Source: Burkholderiales bacterium (GTDB taxonomy: Bacteria; Pseudomonadota; Gammaproteobacteria; Burkholderiales; Ga0077523). Taken from it: DNA of 62,189 bases. Shown in pieces: positions 10,078 through 21,317 of the stretch. The notes under the pieces were generated by a model that saw nothing but the letters and a program-made list of their open reading frames with translations, was not told where the DNA came from and made no database searches. The DNA lies in NCBI GenBank assembly GCA_044339985.1, contig JBIIUM010000003.1, positions 1-62,189 of the forward strand, read 5' to 3'. The position numbers and the translations under genes were made by a program. Each line of letters begins with the position of its first letter. Position 1 is the first letter of the stretch.

Positions 10078-11085
10078 ATGGGCATCGAGACGCACTGGCA
10101 ACGCACCGGCGCGGTCGCTCTCCTGCTGTCGCCGCTGGCGGCGGTGTTCGCGCTGGCGGCCGCGGTGCGCCGCACTCTCTTCGCGCTCGGCTTGGTGCGC
10201 AGCGTCCACCTGCCCGTGCCAGTGGTGGTGGTGGGTAACATCACGGCCGGCGGCACTGGCAAGACTCCACTGGTGGCTTGGCTCGCCGGCGAACTCCTGG
10301 CACGCAACCGCAGGCCGGGAATCGTCACGCGCGGATACGGCGCCCGTACGCGGGGCCCGGAACGCGTGGAGCCGGATTCGGACCCGGCGCTCGCGGGTGA
10401 CGAGGCAGTTTTGCTCGCCCGGCAGTGCCACTGTCCCGTGTTTCGCGGCGCCGACCGAGTGGCGGCGGCACGCGCACTGCTCGCGGCCCATCCCGACACC
10501 GACGTGCTGCTAAGCGACGACGGCCTGCAACACTACCGCTTGGAGCGCGACCTGGAGATTGCTGTGGTTGATGGCATGCGGGGCCTCGGCAATGGCATGC
10601 CGCTACCTTCGGGGCCGCTGCGGGAATCAGCGGCGCGGCTGGCGCGCTGCGGCTTTGTGGTGGTGAAGGCGCCAGTGCGCGCCGCTTTACCGCCACATCC
10701 AGCTCGCGGCGCAATGCAGCTTGAACCTGGCGAACTGCGCTCGCTAACGGACCCCGGGCGCACCTTGCCACTGGGTGCGCTTGCCGGGTTGCGGGTGCAC
10801 GCCGTGGCCGGCATCGGTAATCCGGACCATTTTTTCGACACCTTGCGCTCCCTCGGCATCAACTTCGAAGCCCACCCCTTCCCCGATCACCACATCTGGA
10901 AAGCAAGAGACCTGCGATTGCCGGGAGCGCAGGCAGTGCTGATGACTGCCAAGGACGCCGTAAAATGCCGTGCGTTTGCCGAGCCCATTTTCTGGGAACT
11001 TCCGGTCACAGCGCGGCTCGACCCTCTCTTCGCCGCGGCGTTGCTAGCCGCCATTCCCCATGGCCCTCGATCCAAAACTGCTTGA
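10078..11085 (+). CDS. lpxK: Tetraacyldisaccharide 4'-kinase
   Basis: VGNITAGGTGKTP, GDEA, DDGLQHYRL, GPLRE, AGIGNP, FPDHH. Confidence 0.95.
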   Translation: MGIETHWQRTGAVALLLSPLAAVFALAAAVRRTLFALGLVRSVHLPVPVVVVGNITAGGTGKTPLVAWLAGELLARNRRPGIVTRGYGARTRGPERVEPDSDPALAGDEAVLLARQCHCPVFRGADRVAAARALLAAHPDTDVLLSDDGLQHYRLERDLEIAVVDGMRGLGNGMPLPSGPLRESAARLARCGFVVVKAPVRAALPPHPARGAMQLEPGELRSLTDPGRTLPLGALAGLRVHAVAGIGNPDHFFDTLRSLGINFEAHPFPDHHIWKARDLRLPGAQAVLMTAKDAVKCRAFAEPIFWELPVTARLDPLFAAALLAAIPHGPRSKTA

Positions 11086-11263
11086 GATTCTGGTTGATCC
11101 CCTCACCAAGGCGCCATTGTTGTACGACCGCGAGCGCCAGGAACTGGTTTCCGTGGAAAGCGCCCTCGCGTATCCGGTCAGGGAAGATGTTCCCGTGATG
11201 CTCGAGGAACACGCGCGGCGCCTGTCCCCCGAGGAAGTGGAAACATGGCGGCGGCGGCGGTAG
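11060..11263 (+). CDS. Trm112/YcaR family protein
   Basis: [18 protein letters not shown]...[11 protein letters not shown]; conserved position between lpxK and kdsB. Confidence 0.88.
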   Translation: MALDPKLLEILVDPLTKAPLLYDRERQELVSVESALAYPVREDVPVMLEEHARRLSPEEVETWRRRR

Positions 11264-11267
11264 CGCC

Positions 11268-12801
<1,534 letters not shown>

Positions 12802-12856
12802 CGCAGGCAGGCTGGTGTCAAATGTGCTCCCGGTAATGACTCCCAGGGGAGCACCG

Positions 12857-14128
12857 ATGGCAGCGCCAGCGAAACGCAACGCGTTCTACGCCCAGTCCGG
12901 CGGCGTGACTGCCGTGATCAATGCCTCGGCCGCGGGAGTCATACAAACCGCCAGAGCCAACCGCACCCGCATCGGCAGGATATTCGCCGGACGCGATGGC
13001 ATTCTGGGCGCCCTCACCGAAGACCTCATCGACACCGGAAGGGAAAGCGCGGCGGCCATCGCGGCCCTGCGCCATACTCCCGGTGGAGCCTTTGGCTCGG
13101 CACGCTACAAGCTCAAGCCCTTCCAGGAAGACCGCCGCCCCTACGAGCGCCTTCTCGAGGTGTTCCAAGCGCACGATATCGGGTTTTTCTTCTACAACGG
13201 CGGGGGTGACTCCGCGGACACCTGCCTCAAGGTCTCCCAGCTCGCCTCGGCCGTGGGCTACCCCATTCAGGCGATTCACGTGCCCAAGACCATGGACAAT
13301 GACCTCCCGGTCACCGATTGCTCGCCTGGGTTCGGCTCAGTGGCCAAGTATCTGGCCGTGAGCGCCCGTGAGGTGGGATTCGACGTGGCGTCCATGGCGC
13401 GCACCTCCACGCGGGTATTCGTGCTCGAAGCCATGGGGCGGCACGCCGGGTGGACCGTGGCTGCCATGGGCCTTGCTGCCGAGGCCGAGGGGGAGGCGCC
13501 CCAAGTACTGCTGTTTCCGGAGATCGTCTTCGACGCCGATGCCTTCCTTGCCAGGGTGGACGAGACGGTCAGGCGCCATGGTCACTGCGTGGTGGGCGTT
13601 TCCGAGGGGCTGCGCGGAGCAGGCGGCGGATTCCTGGCGGAGACCGGCCTGCGCGACGCCTTTGGGCACGCGCAACTTGGCGGGGTCGCGCCCCTTTTGG
13701 CAAGTCTGGTGAAGGAGCGGCTGAAGCTCAAATACCACTGGGCAGTGGCCGACTACCTGCAACGCGCTGCCCGTCATTTGGCCTCCAGGACCGACCTGGT
13801 GCATGCCTACGCAGTGGGCAAGGCTGCCGTGGAACTGGCCTTGAAGGGGCACAATGCGGTCATGCCCACCATCGTGCGACACAGCGACAAGCCTTACCGC
13901 TGGAGCATCGGGGTGGCTGATCTGAACGAGGTGGCAAACGTCGAGAAAAAGATGCCGCGCGACTACATCACCCGCGACGGCTTCCACATAACCGAGGCAT
14001 GCCGCACCTACCTGCGCCCTCTGATCCGCGGCGAAGACCCGCCCCCCTATCGCGACGGCTTGCCGCGCTACGGGCGGCTGAAAAACATGGCCGTGCAACG
14101 GCGTCTGTCCTCCGACTACGTTCCCTGA
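12857..14128 (+). CDS. pfp: 6-phosphofructokinase, probably pyrophosphate-dependent
   Basis: QSGGVTAVIN, YNGGGDS (Asp at the PPi-determining position), PKTMDND, MGRHAGW; ATG 12857. Confidence 0.85.
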   Translation: MAAPAKRNAFYAQSGGVTAVINASAAGVIQTARANRTRIGRIFAGRDGILGALTEDLIDTGRESAAAIAALRHTPGGAFGSARYKLKPFQEDRRPYERLLEVFQAHDIGFFFYNGGGDSADTCLKVSQLASAVGYPIQAIHVPKTMDNDLPVTDCSPGFGSVAKYLAVSAREVGFDVASMARTSTRVFVLEAMGRHAGWTVAAMGLAAEAEGEAPQVLLFPEIVFDADAFLARVDETVRRHGHCVVGVSEGLRGAGGGFLAETGLRDAFGHAQLGGVAPLLASLVKERLKLKYHWAVADYLQRAARHLASRTDLVHAYAVGKAAVELALKGHNAVMPTIVRHSDKPYRWSIGVADLNEVANVEKKMPRDYITRDGFHITEACRTYLRPLIRGEDPPPYRDGLPRYGRLKNMAVQRRLSSDYVP

Positions 14129-14187
14129 ACCAACGCTTTGCCCAGGTCCGGGTTTCCCGGACGGGCTCAAGACGCTAGAATCACGGG

Positions 14188-14395
14188 TTGCTTGGGTGCT
14201 TTCAGCGGAGTCCCCACGAGGGTATCAGCGGGAAGCGGGTCGGGTTGGTGTTCACGAGCCTCGCCAAACAGGGGCAGGACACCGGCAGCATGGGTCGCTG
14301 AGGTATTCGTCGGCCCGTCGAGCACGGTCCGGATCTTTTCCGGGCTATTTCCGTTCGAAACGAAGAACAGCCTTCAAAGGCTTCAGGGGAATTCC
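14188..14395 (+). ncRNA. Candidate structured cis-regulatory leader of hppA
   Basis: TAGAAT at 14176-14181; TTGGGTGC...GCGGGTCGGG...CGCCAA with nested stems, then more hairpins before the RBS; not confirmed by a covariance model. Confidence 0.4.
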
Positions 14396-16582
14396 ATGTC
14401 TTCAGCACTGATCATCGCGCTCGCCTGCTCCGTCGCGGCCGTGATCTACGGGATCATCTCGACCCAGTGGATCATGCGACAGCCGGCCGGCAATGCCCGC
14501 ATGCAGGAAATCGCCGCTGCCGTGCAGCAAGGCGCCAAGGCCTATCTCAACCGCCAGTACACCACCATCGCGGTGGTGGGTGTGATTCTGCTCATCGTGC
14601 TCTGGATTGCCCTGGGCACCGGCACGGCCGTGGGATTCGCGGTGGGCGCCATTCTCTCGGGGCTGGCAGGCTACATCGGCATGAACGTCTCCGTGCGCGC
14701 CAACGTGCGCACTGCGCAGGCCGCCAACAACGGCATGAACGCAGCCCTCGCGGTAGCCTTCCGCGGCGGCGCCATCACCGGCATGCTGGTGGTGGGCCTC
14801 GGGCTGTTCGGCGTGGCGGGCTACTACGCCATCCTCACCGGCATGGGCACGGGCGTTGAAGAAGCCACGCATTCGCTGGTGGGCCTGGCCTTTGGCTCCT
14901 CCCTGATCTCGATCTTCGCCCGCCTGGGCGGCGGCATCTTCACCAAGGGCGCCGATGTGGGCGCCGATCTGGTGGGCAAGGTGGAAGCCGGCATTCCGGA
15001 AGACGACCCTCGTAACCCCGCCGTGATCGCCGACAACGTGGGCGACAACGTGGGCGACTGCGCCGGCATGGCCGCCGACCTGTTCGAAACCTACGCCGTG
15101 ACCATCGTGGCCACCATGGTGCTTGCCTCGCTCATGCTCAAGGGCCTGGGCGACAAGGCGGTGGTTTACCCCCTGGTGCTTGGCGGGGTCTCCATCATCG
15201 CCTCCATCGTGGGCACCTTCTTCGTCAAGGCCAAGGAAGGGGGCAAGATCATGAACGCCCTCTATGTGGGCGTGGGCCTCTCCGGGGTGCTCGCGGCAAT
15301 CGCCTTCTACCCCATCACCTCCTGGCTCATGGCCGACGTGGCCTCCATCGACCCGTCTCTGTCGGTGGGCAGGTTGTATGGAGCCTCGCTGGTGGGTCTG
15401 GTCCTGACGGCCGCCATGGTGGTGATCACCGAGTACTACACCGCCACCGAGTACGCGCCGGTGCGCCACGTGGCCGCCGCTTCCCAGACCGGTCACGCCA
15501 CCAACATCATCGCCGGCCTGGGCGTGTCCATGAAATCCACGGCGCTACCGGTGCTGGCGGTGTGCGCGTCCATCTGGGCCGCCTACGCGCTGGCCGGTCT
15601 GTTCGGCATCGCCGTGGCCGCCACGGCCATGCTGTCCATGACCGGCATGGTGGTCGCCCTTGACGCCTACGGCCCCATCACCGACAACGCCGGCGGCATC
15701 GCCGAAATGGCCGAATTGCCCTCGAAGATCCGCGACATCACCGATCCCCTGGATGCGGTGGGCAACACCACCAAGGCGGTGACCAAGGGATACGCCATCG
15801 GCTCCGCTGGCCTTGCGGCCCTGGTGCTGTTCGCAGACTACACCCACAACCTCGAAGCCCTCGGTAAGCTGGTGCCCTTCGAGTTGTCCGACCCCGCAGT
15901 GATCATCGGCCTGTTCATCGGCGGTCTCGTGCCCTACCTCTTCGGCGCCATGGCCATGGAAGCGGTTGGTCGTGCCGCGGGCGCCGTGGTGAACGAGGTG
16001 CGCCGCCAGTTCCGCGAGATCAAGGGCATCATGGAAGGTACCGCCAAGCCGCAATACGACAAGGCGGTGGACATGCTCACCAAGGCGGCGATCAAGGAAA
16101 TGATCGTCCCCTCGATCCTTCCGGTGCTCGTGCCCATCGTTCTGGTGGTGCTCATGAACCTGCTCATGGGCCCGGGAGCGGGCACCCGTGCGCTGGGGGG
16201 GCTGCTCATCGGCACCATCGTGACCGGGCTTTTCGTTGCCATCTCCATGACCACTGGTGGCGGGGCCTGGGACAACGCGAAGAAGTACATCGAGGACGGC
16301 CACTACGGCGGCAAGGGTTCCGACGCCCACAAGGCGGCCGTGACCGGCGACACGGTGGGGGACCCCTACAAGGACACAGCCGGCCCCGCCGTCAATCCCC
16401 TCATCAAGATCATCAATCTGGTGGCGCTGTTGCTGGTACCGCTATTGCCCGCCGGCACCCCCGCGGTCGCGAACGAGGCGAAGCATGCGCAACCCCCTGC
16501 GCTGAGCATGCCTGCGGCTCAGCCAGCTGCGACGCCGGAGGCCCCCCCCTCTGAAAGCAAACCCGCGGAACCCGGAAAGTAG
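14396..16582 (+). CDS. hppA: Membrane-bound H+-translocating pyrophosphatase, K+-independent type
   Basis: [30 protein letters not shown] (Lys = K+-independent signature), [17 protein letters not shown] 14396. Confidence 0.95.
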   Translation: MSSALIIALACSVAAVIYGIISTQWIMRQPAGNARMQEIAAAVQQGAKAYLNRQYTTIAVVGVILLIVLWIALGTGTAVGFAVGAILSGLAGYIGMNVSVRANVRTAQAANNGMNAALAVAFRGGAITGMLVVGLGLFGVAGYYAILTGMGTGVEEATHSLVGLAFGSSLISIFARLGGGIFTKGADVGADLVGKVEAGIPEDDPRNPAVIADNVGDNVGDCAGMAADLFETYAVTIVATMVLASLMLKGLGDKAVVYPLVLGGVSIIASIVGTFFVKAKEGGKIMNALYVGVGLSGVLAAIAFYPITSWLMADVASIDPSLSVGRLYGASLVGLVLTAAMVVITEYYTATEYAPVRHVAAASQTGHATNIIAGLGVSMKSTALPVLAVCASIWAAYALAGLFGIAVAATAMLSMTGMVVALDAYGPITDNAGGIAEMAELPSKIRDITDPLDAVGNTTKAVTKGYAIGSAGLAALVLFADYTHNLEALGKLVPFELSDPAVIIGLFIGGLVPYLFGAMAMEAVGRAAGAVVNEVRRQFREIKGIMEGTAKPQYDKAVDMLTKAAIKEMIVPSILPVLVPIVLVVLMNLLMGPGAGTRALGGLLIGTIVTGLFVAISMTTGGGAWDNAKKYIEDGHYGGKGSDAHKAAVTGDTVGDPYKDTAGPAVNPLIKIINLVALLLVPLLPAGTPAVANEAKHAQPPALSMPAAQPAATPEAPPSESKPAEPGK

Positions 16583-16624
16583 AGATCTGCAATTCGGGCC
16601 CCGCGAGGCCTCCATCGCACGCAC

Positions 16625-16656
16625 GACGGCTCCTTCGGGAGCCGTTGTTTTTTGTT
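16625..16656 (+). terminator. Rho-independent terminator after hppA
   Basis: gacggctcc-ttcg-ggagccgtt stem-loop followed by gttttttgtt. Confidence 0.85.
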
Positions 16657-16827
16657 GGCGATGCCGGACACCGTGCGCCCTGCAAGGCGGGTTTGCATGG
16701 TCGACAACAACAAAACTTTTCCAAAGAGGGAGTAAATTGCGTTTACTGTCCCGCGTACACGGGGCCACCCGCTCAAGTTGTGGCTTGTGTGACCGTGATA
16801 GGGTTTTGATCCGCCGATGACCCCGTA

Positions 16828-19752
16828 ATGCCCACCCCCGAGCCCAATCCCGACACCGCCCAAGCGACTCCGCAAGCCGGACGCGGGGAAAGGGAGCGGC
16901 CTGCACCCCCACCACATGGGTATCGGACCCTCTCGATCGTCTGGCCCTTCCTGGCCATCGCCGTGCTCCAGGCGGTGTTGGCGGCCATCAGCGTGGACAC
17001 CCTGTCCGCCCTGCGCGCCTATGTGGAGGGCGAGAGCCTCTGGTCGAAATCCGCCAAGGACAGTGTCGCTCGCCTCAAGCAGTATGCCGTAGACCGCGAT
17101 GAAGCCAGCTATCGCGCCTTTCGTGATGCCGTCAAAGTCATCGAACTGTACCGCCGGGGCCGCGCGGAACTCCAGAAACCTTCCTCGGATCTGCAGGCGC
17201 TTTCCACGCCCTTGGTAGCGGCTGGCACCCACCAAGGTGACGTGCCCGGCATCAAACGGCTCTACCAGCGCTTCAAGGACTTTGAGTTCCTGCGCGCCTC
17301 GATCGCCATGTGGTCGAGAGGCGACGAGTTGGTGGCGCTGCTTGAAGCACAGGCGGAGGAAATCCGCCAGCGGGCGGGCGGCGATCCATCGATCGACGAC
17401 ACTGCCAGGCGACTTGCCAGAATTCAGGAGATCGACGAGCAATACGTCCAGCTCAATCGTGCCTTTTCCGCCACTCTGGGCGACGCGAGCCGCGAGGCGA
17501 GCATCGTGCTGCTTCTCGCAAATGTGGCCCTCGCCTTGACACTGCTGCCCCTTGGCATGCTCCTGTCGCGCCGGATGGTGGAGCGCAGCCACGCCTTCCA
17601 GGATGCCCTCCGGCTTTCGGAAGAGCGCTATCAGCTCGCGGTGGTGGGTAGCCATGACGGCCTCTGGGATTGGAACCTCGTCACCCACAGTCTGTACCTT
17701 TCACCGCAATGCCGGGAGCTGCTGGGCATTGGGCAGCATCAAGCTGCCGTGGGCTGGACTTCACTGCGGCGTATTGGCCGCCAGCAGCGCCAGTTGCTGG
17801 CCACCGCATTGCGGCGGCATCTGCGCCTGGAAGAGCCTCTGGACATGGAATTCCCGGCGCAGGTGGACGGACAGCAGCATTGGTTCCGCTTGAGGGGCGA
17901 CTCGGTCCGCGACGCTCAGGGCCGTCCCATCCGGGTGGCGGGTTCGCTGGGCGATATCTCCGCGCGCAAGCGCGCGGAGGCACAGCTGTACGCCGAAATG
18001 GAACGTGCCCAGGTGACCCTGCAATCCATCGCGGATGCCGTCATCACCACCGATGTGGCCGGAGTGGTGCGTTACTTCAATCCCGTTGCCCAATCTCTCA
18101 CGGGGCTGGGGTTGGAAAACGCGGTGGGACAACCCTTCCGCGAGGTGTTTCCCCTGTTGCAGGAGTCCTCCCGGGAACGTGCGCCCGATCCCGTGGGCCC
18201 CGCGGTATCGGGACAAGGCTTGCCCCAGCGCCTTCAGCAACTGGTGCTGCTGCGTCGCGACGGGCGCGAGATTGCCGTGGACGGATCGGCAGCGCCGATC
18301 CGCGACCGCGACGGACGCATGATCGGTACCGTGCTTGTGTTCCACGACATGACTCGCGAGCGCCAGTTCGCCGCGAGCCTTTCCTACCAAGCCACCCACG
18401 ACGAGCTGACCGGTCTCATCAACCGGCGAGAGTTCGAGCGCCTCCTGGAGGGCGCCTTGCAAAGCGCCCGTGAGCCCGAGCGCCATCACAGCGTGATGTT
18501 CCTCGACCTCGACCAGTTCAAGGTGGTGAACGATACCTGCGGTCACGCAGCCGGCGACGAACTCATGCGGCGGGTGGCGGCCTCCTTGCGGCGGCATCTG
18601 CGCGAGGGCGATACGCTCGGGCGGCTTGGCGGTGATGAGTTCGGGGTGTTGCTGAGGAATTGCCCGCCTGGTCCGGCAGAGCGTATCGCGGAGCTTCTGC
18701 GTCAGGCCGTGGCTGAGCAACCCTTCTCCTGGCAGGACCGGTCGTTTCGCATCAGCGTGAGCATCGGTGTGGTGCACGTGACCGACGAGTCGCTCACCCT
18801 GGCGGAACTCATGAGCGCGGCGGACACGGCCTGCTACATGGCCAAGGACCGGGGGCGGAACCGGGTTCAGGTCTTCAGCAAGAGCGACAGCGAACTGTCG
18901 CAGCGGCAGGGGGAGATGGAGTGGGTTGAACGCATCCACCGCGCCAGGGAACAGAACCGCTTCCGGCTGTTCGGCCAGGAGATCTTTCCGGTTCACATGC
19001 CGCGGCGCGTGGCCTCTCACGTGGAACTGCTGGTGCGCATGGTGGACGAAGAGGGCCGATTGATCCCGCCTGGCGCCTTCCTGCCGGCAGCGGAGCGCTA
19101 CAACGTGATGTCCGTGGTGGAACAATGGGTGATCGAAGAAGCCTTTCGCGTCATTGAGCAACTCAACCGGCGCCCCGAAGGCAATCCCCTGCGGCTTTAT
19201 TCCATCAACCTCTCGGGCGTGTCCATCGGCGACGAGCGCTTCCTTGGGTGGATCCGGGCGCTGTTCGAACGCCACGCTGTCCCGTTCCACAACGTGTGCT
19301 TCGAAATCACTGAAACAGCGGCAGTGCTCAACCTGACCCGGGCGGTACGCTTCATCGAACAGCTACGCGGCCTCGGGTGCCATTTTTCCCTGGATGACTT
19401 CGGGACGGGCATGTCCTCCTTCTCCTATCTCAAGCACTTGCCAGTGGATTACGTGAAGATCGATGGCGGTTTCATCAAGGACATGCTCGGGGATCCGATC
19501 GACCGGGCAATGGTGGAAGCCATCAACAATATCGGTCATGTGATGGGCAAGCGCACGATCGCCGAGTTTGTCGAAGACAAGGACACCCTGATGGCCTTGC
19601 GCGAAATCGGCGTGGACTACGCACAAGGCTTCGGATTGGCACGCCCTCGGCCTTTCGACGCCGATTGGGGATTGCCCGTGATCCGGGGTGTCGACACCCT
19701 GGTGGAGAAGGGCCAGCGGGCAGCCGGAACGCAAAGGAAAAACCGGGAGTAG
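16828..19752 (+). CDS. Membrane-anchored PAS-PAS-GGDEF-EAL c-di-GMP signalling protein
   Basis: Two TM helices, two PAS/PAC regions, intact GGDEF with RxxD (REGD), ELLVR and DDFGTG. Confidence 0.93.
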   Translation: MPTPEPNPDTAQATPQAGRGERERPAPPPHGYRTLSIVWPFLAIAVLQAVLAAISVDTLSALRAYVEGESLWSKSAKDSVARLKQYAVDRDEASYRAFRDAVKVIELYRRGRAELQKPSSDLQALSTPLVAAGTHQGDVPGIKRLYQRFKDFEFLRASIAMWSRGDELVALLEAQAEEIRQRAGGDPSIDDTARRLARIQEIDEQYVQLNRAFSATLGDASREASIVLLLANVALALTLLPLGMLLSRRMVERSHAFQDALRLSEERYQLAVVGSHDGLWDWNLVTHSLYLSPQCRELLGIGQHQAAVGWTSLRRIGRQQRQLLATALRRHLRLEEPLDMEFPAQVDGQQHWFRLRGDSVRDAQGRPIRVAGSLGDISARKRAEAQLYAEMERAQVTLQSIADAVITTDVAGVVRYFNPVAQSLTGLGLENAVGQPFREVFPLLQESSRERAPDPVGPAVSGQGLPQRLQQLVLLRRDGREIAVDGSAAPIRDRDGRMIGTVLVFHDMTRERQFAASLSYQATHDELTGLINRREFERLLEGALQSAREPERHHSVMFLDLDQFKVVNDTCGHAAGDELMRRVAASLRRHLREGDTLGRLGGDEFGVLLRNCPPGPAERIAELLRQAVAEQPFSWQDRSFRISVSIGVVHVTDESLTLAELMSAADTACYMAKDRGRNRVQVFSKSDSELSQRQGEMEWVERIHRAREQNRFRLFGQEIFPVHMPRRVASHVELLVRMVDEEGRLIPPGAFLPAAERYNVMSVVEQWVIEEAFRVIEQLNRRPEGNPLRLYSINLSGVSIGDERFLGWIRALFERHAVPFHNVCFEITETAAVLNLTRAVRFIEQLRGLGCHFSLDDFGTGMSSFSYLKHLPVDYVKIDGGFIKDMLGDPIDRAMVEAINNIGHVMGKRTIAEFVEDKDTLMALREIGVDYAQGFGLARPRPFDADWGLPVIRGVDTLVEKGQRAAGTQRKNRE

Positions 19753-20098
19753 CACCCAGGTTAGCGGACCGGCGCTGGGCTTTCCGGAAACGGATCCAGT
19801 CGTTTTTGCTGTTGACCGCTGAACATCGCCTGGGCATGACTCACGACCCTGCCTAGGGCCGCCATCGGCAGGGCAGCCTCTGGCTCGGGAACACCGATGA
19901 CGGCGGCGAAACGGGGTCGCGACAGAACAATCCTTGCACGGGTGAGGGCTCATGGCCTTCGCAGGGGTTCACTGCCGCGTGCGCGAAAGCCCGTCATCGT
20001 GGACCGGTATTCGTACCCGCTCCACCCAACCCAACAATCGCAAGCGGGCGAGCCCTTCGCGATCCGACACCCCAGTAGTGCGCACACCCCTGCACCTT

Positions 20099-20147
20099 CG
20101 CACCACCGCGCGGCATCCCCCACCCCGAGGCGCACCGTGCCGGTGCA
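20099..20147 (+). promoter_or_regulatory. NtrC-type enhancer sites
   Basis: CGCACC-gtgcc-GGTGCA at 20131-20147 fits TGCACC-N5-GGTGCA; weaker site CGCACC-accgc-GCGGCA at 20099-20115. Confidence 0.65.
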
Positions 20148-20181
20148 GCTTCATGCCAGGGCATGCATGCAGAGCCCGTAA

Positions 20182-20194
20182 AATCAAAAGGTTA
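20182..20194 (+). promoter_or_regulatory. IHF binding site
   Basis: AATCAA-aagg-TTA is an exact WATCAANNNNTTR match, lying between enhancer and promoter. Confidence 0.7.
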
Positions 20195-20210
20195 AAGGCT
20201 GGCGCCGTGG

Positions 20211-20226
20211 TGGTACGAGCCCTGCA
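20211..20226 (+). promoter_or_regulatory. Sigma54 (-24/-12) promoter
   Basis: TGGTACgagccCTGCA, GG-N10-GC spacing, 43 nt upstream of ATG 20270. Confidence 0.7.
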
Positions 20227-20269
20227 AACACCGGGGCTCTTCCAATCCAATCTGGAGATACGGCCCGCC

Positions 20270-21298
20270 ATGCGAAACCTCCCAACGCCCGCCTTATCGC
20301 CACTGCGCCGAATCGTTTGTGCAGCAATGGCCGCAGTAGCGCTTTCCCTCGGCGCAACCGCCTCCTCGGCCGCCGAACCACTGGTCAAGGTACGCTTGGG
20401 AACCGTAGCCTGGATCGGTTATGCACCCTTCTACGTGGCGGTGGCGAAGAATCTCTTCGCCCGATACGGACTCAAGGTGGAACTGCAGGATTTTCCCGAC
20501 CCCGCCACCATGCCCGCGGCCGTGAGGAGCGGCGGGCTGCAAGGGGGCATGTATACCTACGATCTGATTATCACCGCCGTCGCCCAGGCCCAGAAGCTGC
20601 GCGTGGTGCTGCCCATCGACTACTCCAATGGCGCGGATGCCATCGTGGCCGAGAAATCGGTTGCCTCCATCGCCGACTTGAAGGGCAGGAAGGTGGCCTA
20701 TCCCTTTTCCACCTGCGACAACCTTCTGGTGGTGTTTGCCCTCGAAAAGGCGGGTCTCAAGGAATCGGACATCCAGGGCGTCGACACCACACCGGAGAAC
20801 GTGGCCGCCGCTCTGGCCGCGGGCGCCGTTGCTGGCGCCACCTACGAACCGAACATCACCCAGATCCTCAAGCTCGGGGGCGGCGGTAAATTCAAGGTGC
20901 TGCTCGACTCCAGCGCGGCGCCAGGCCTGATCACCGACGTGCTGTTTTTCGACGAGGGCTTCATCGTCCGCAACCCCAAGGCGGTGGAGGGGGTGATGCG
21001 CGGTTATCTCGATGGCCTGGCGCTGCTTCGCAGCAAACCCGAGGAAGCAAGAAAGATCGTGGCCAAGTACATGGGCGTCACCCCCGCGGAGGTCAAACAG
21101 CAGCAAAAAGGCGTATACAACATTCCCGCCGCGGAAATGATGGGCTACTTCCAGAAGCGCGACGATTCAAAGTCGCTCCACAAGGTGGGCGCCGGCATCG
21201 GAGATATCCTGGTGCATCGCGGGCAGATCAAGGCCACCCCGCGTATCGAGGACACCTTCGACCCGCGCTTCGTGGAAGCGCTGGCCAAGGCTCCATGA
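20270..21298 (+). CDS. ABC transporter substrate-binding protein (SsuA/NitT/TauT-like)
   Basis: Signal peptide; WIGYAPFYVA, DYSNGADAIV, DLKGRKVA, TYEP, PGLITDV. Confidence 0.88.
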   Translation: MRNLPTPALSPLRRIVCAAMAAVALSLGATASSAAEPLVKVRLGTVAWIGYAPFYVAVAKNLFARYGLKVELQDFPDPATMPAAVRSGGLQGGMYTYDLIITAVAQAQKLRVVLPIDYSNGADAIVAEKSVASIADLKGRKVAYPFSTCDNLLVVFALEKAGLKESDIQGVDTTPENVAAALAAGAVAGATYEPNITQILKLGGGGKFKVLLDSSAAPGLITDVLFFDEGFIVRNPKAVEGVMRGYLDGLALLRSKPEEARKIVAKYMGVTPAEVKQQQKGVYNIPAAEMMGYFQKRDDSKSLHKVGAGIGDILVHRGQIKATPRIEDTFDPRFVEALAKAP

Positions 21299-21317
21299 TG
21301 AGCCGCGGAGACTGCCC

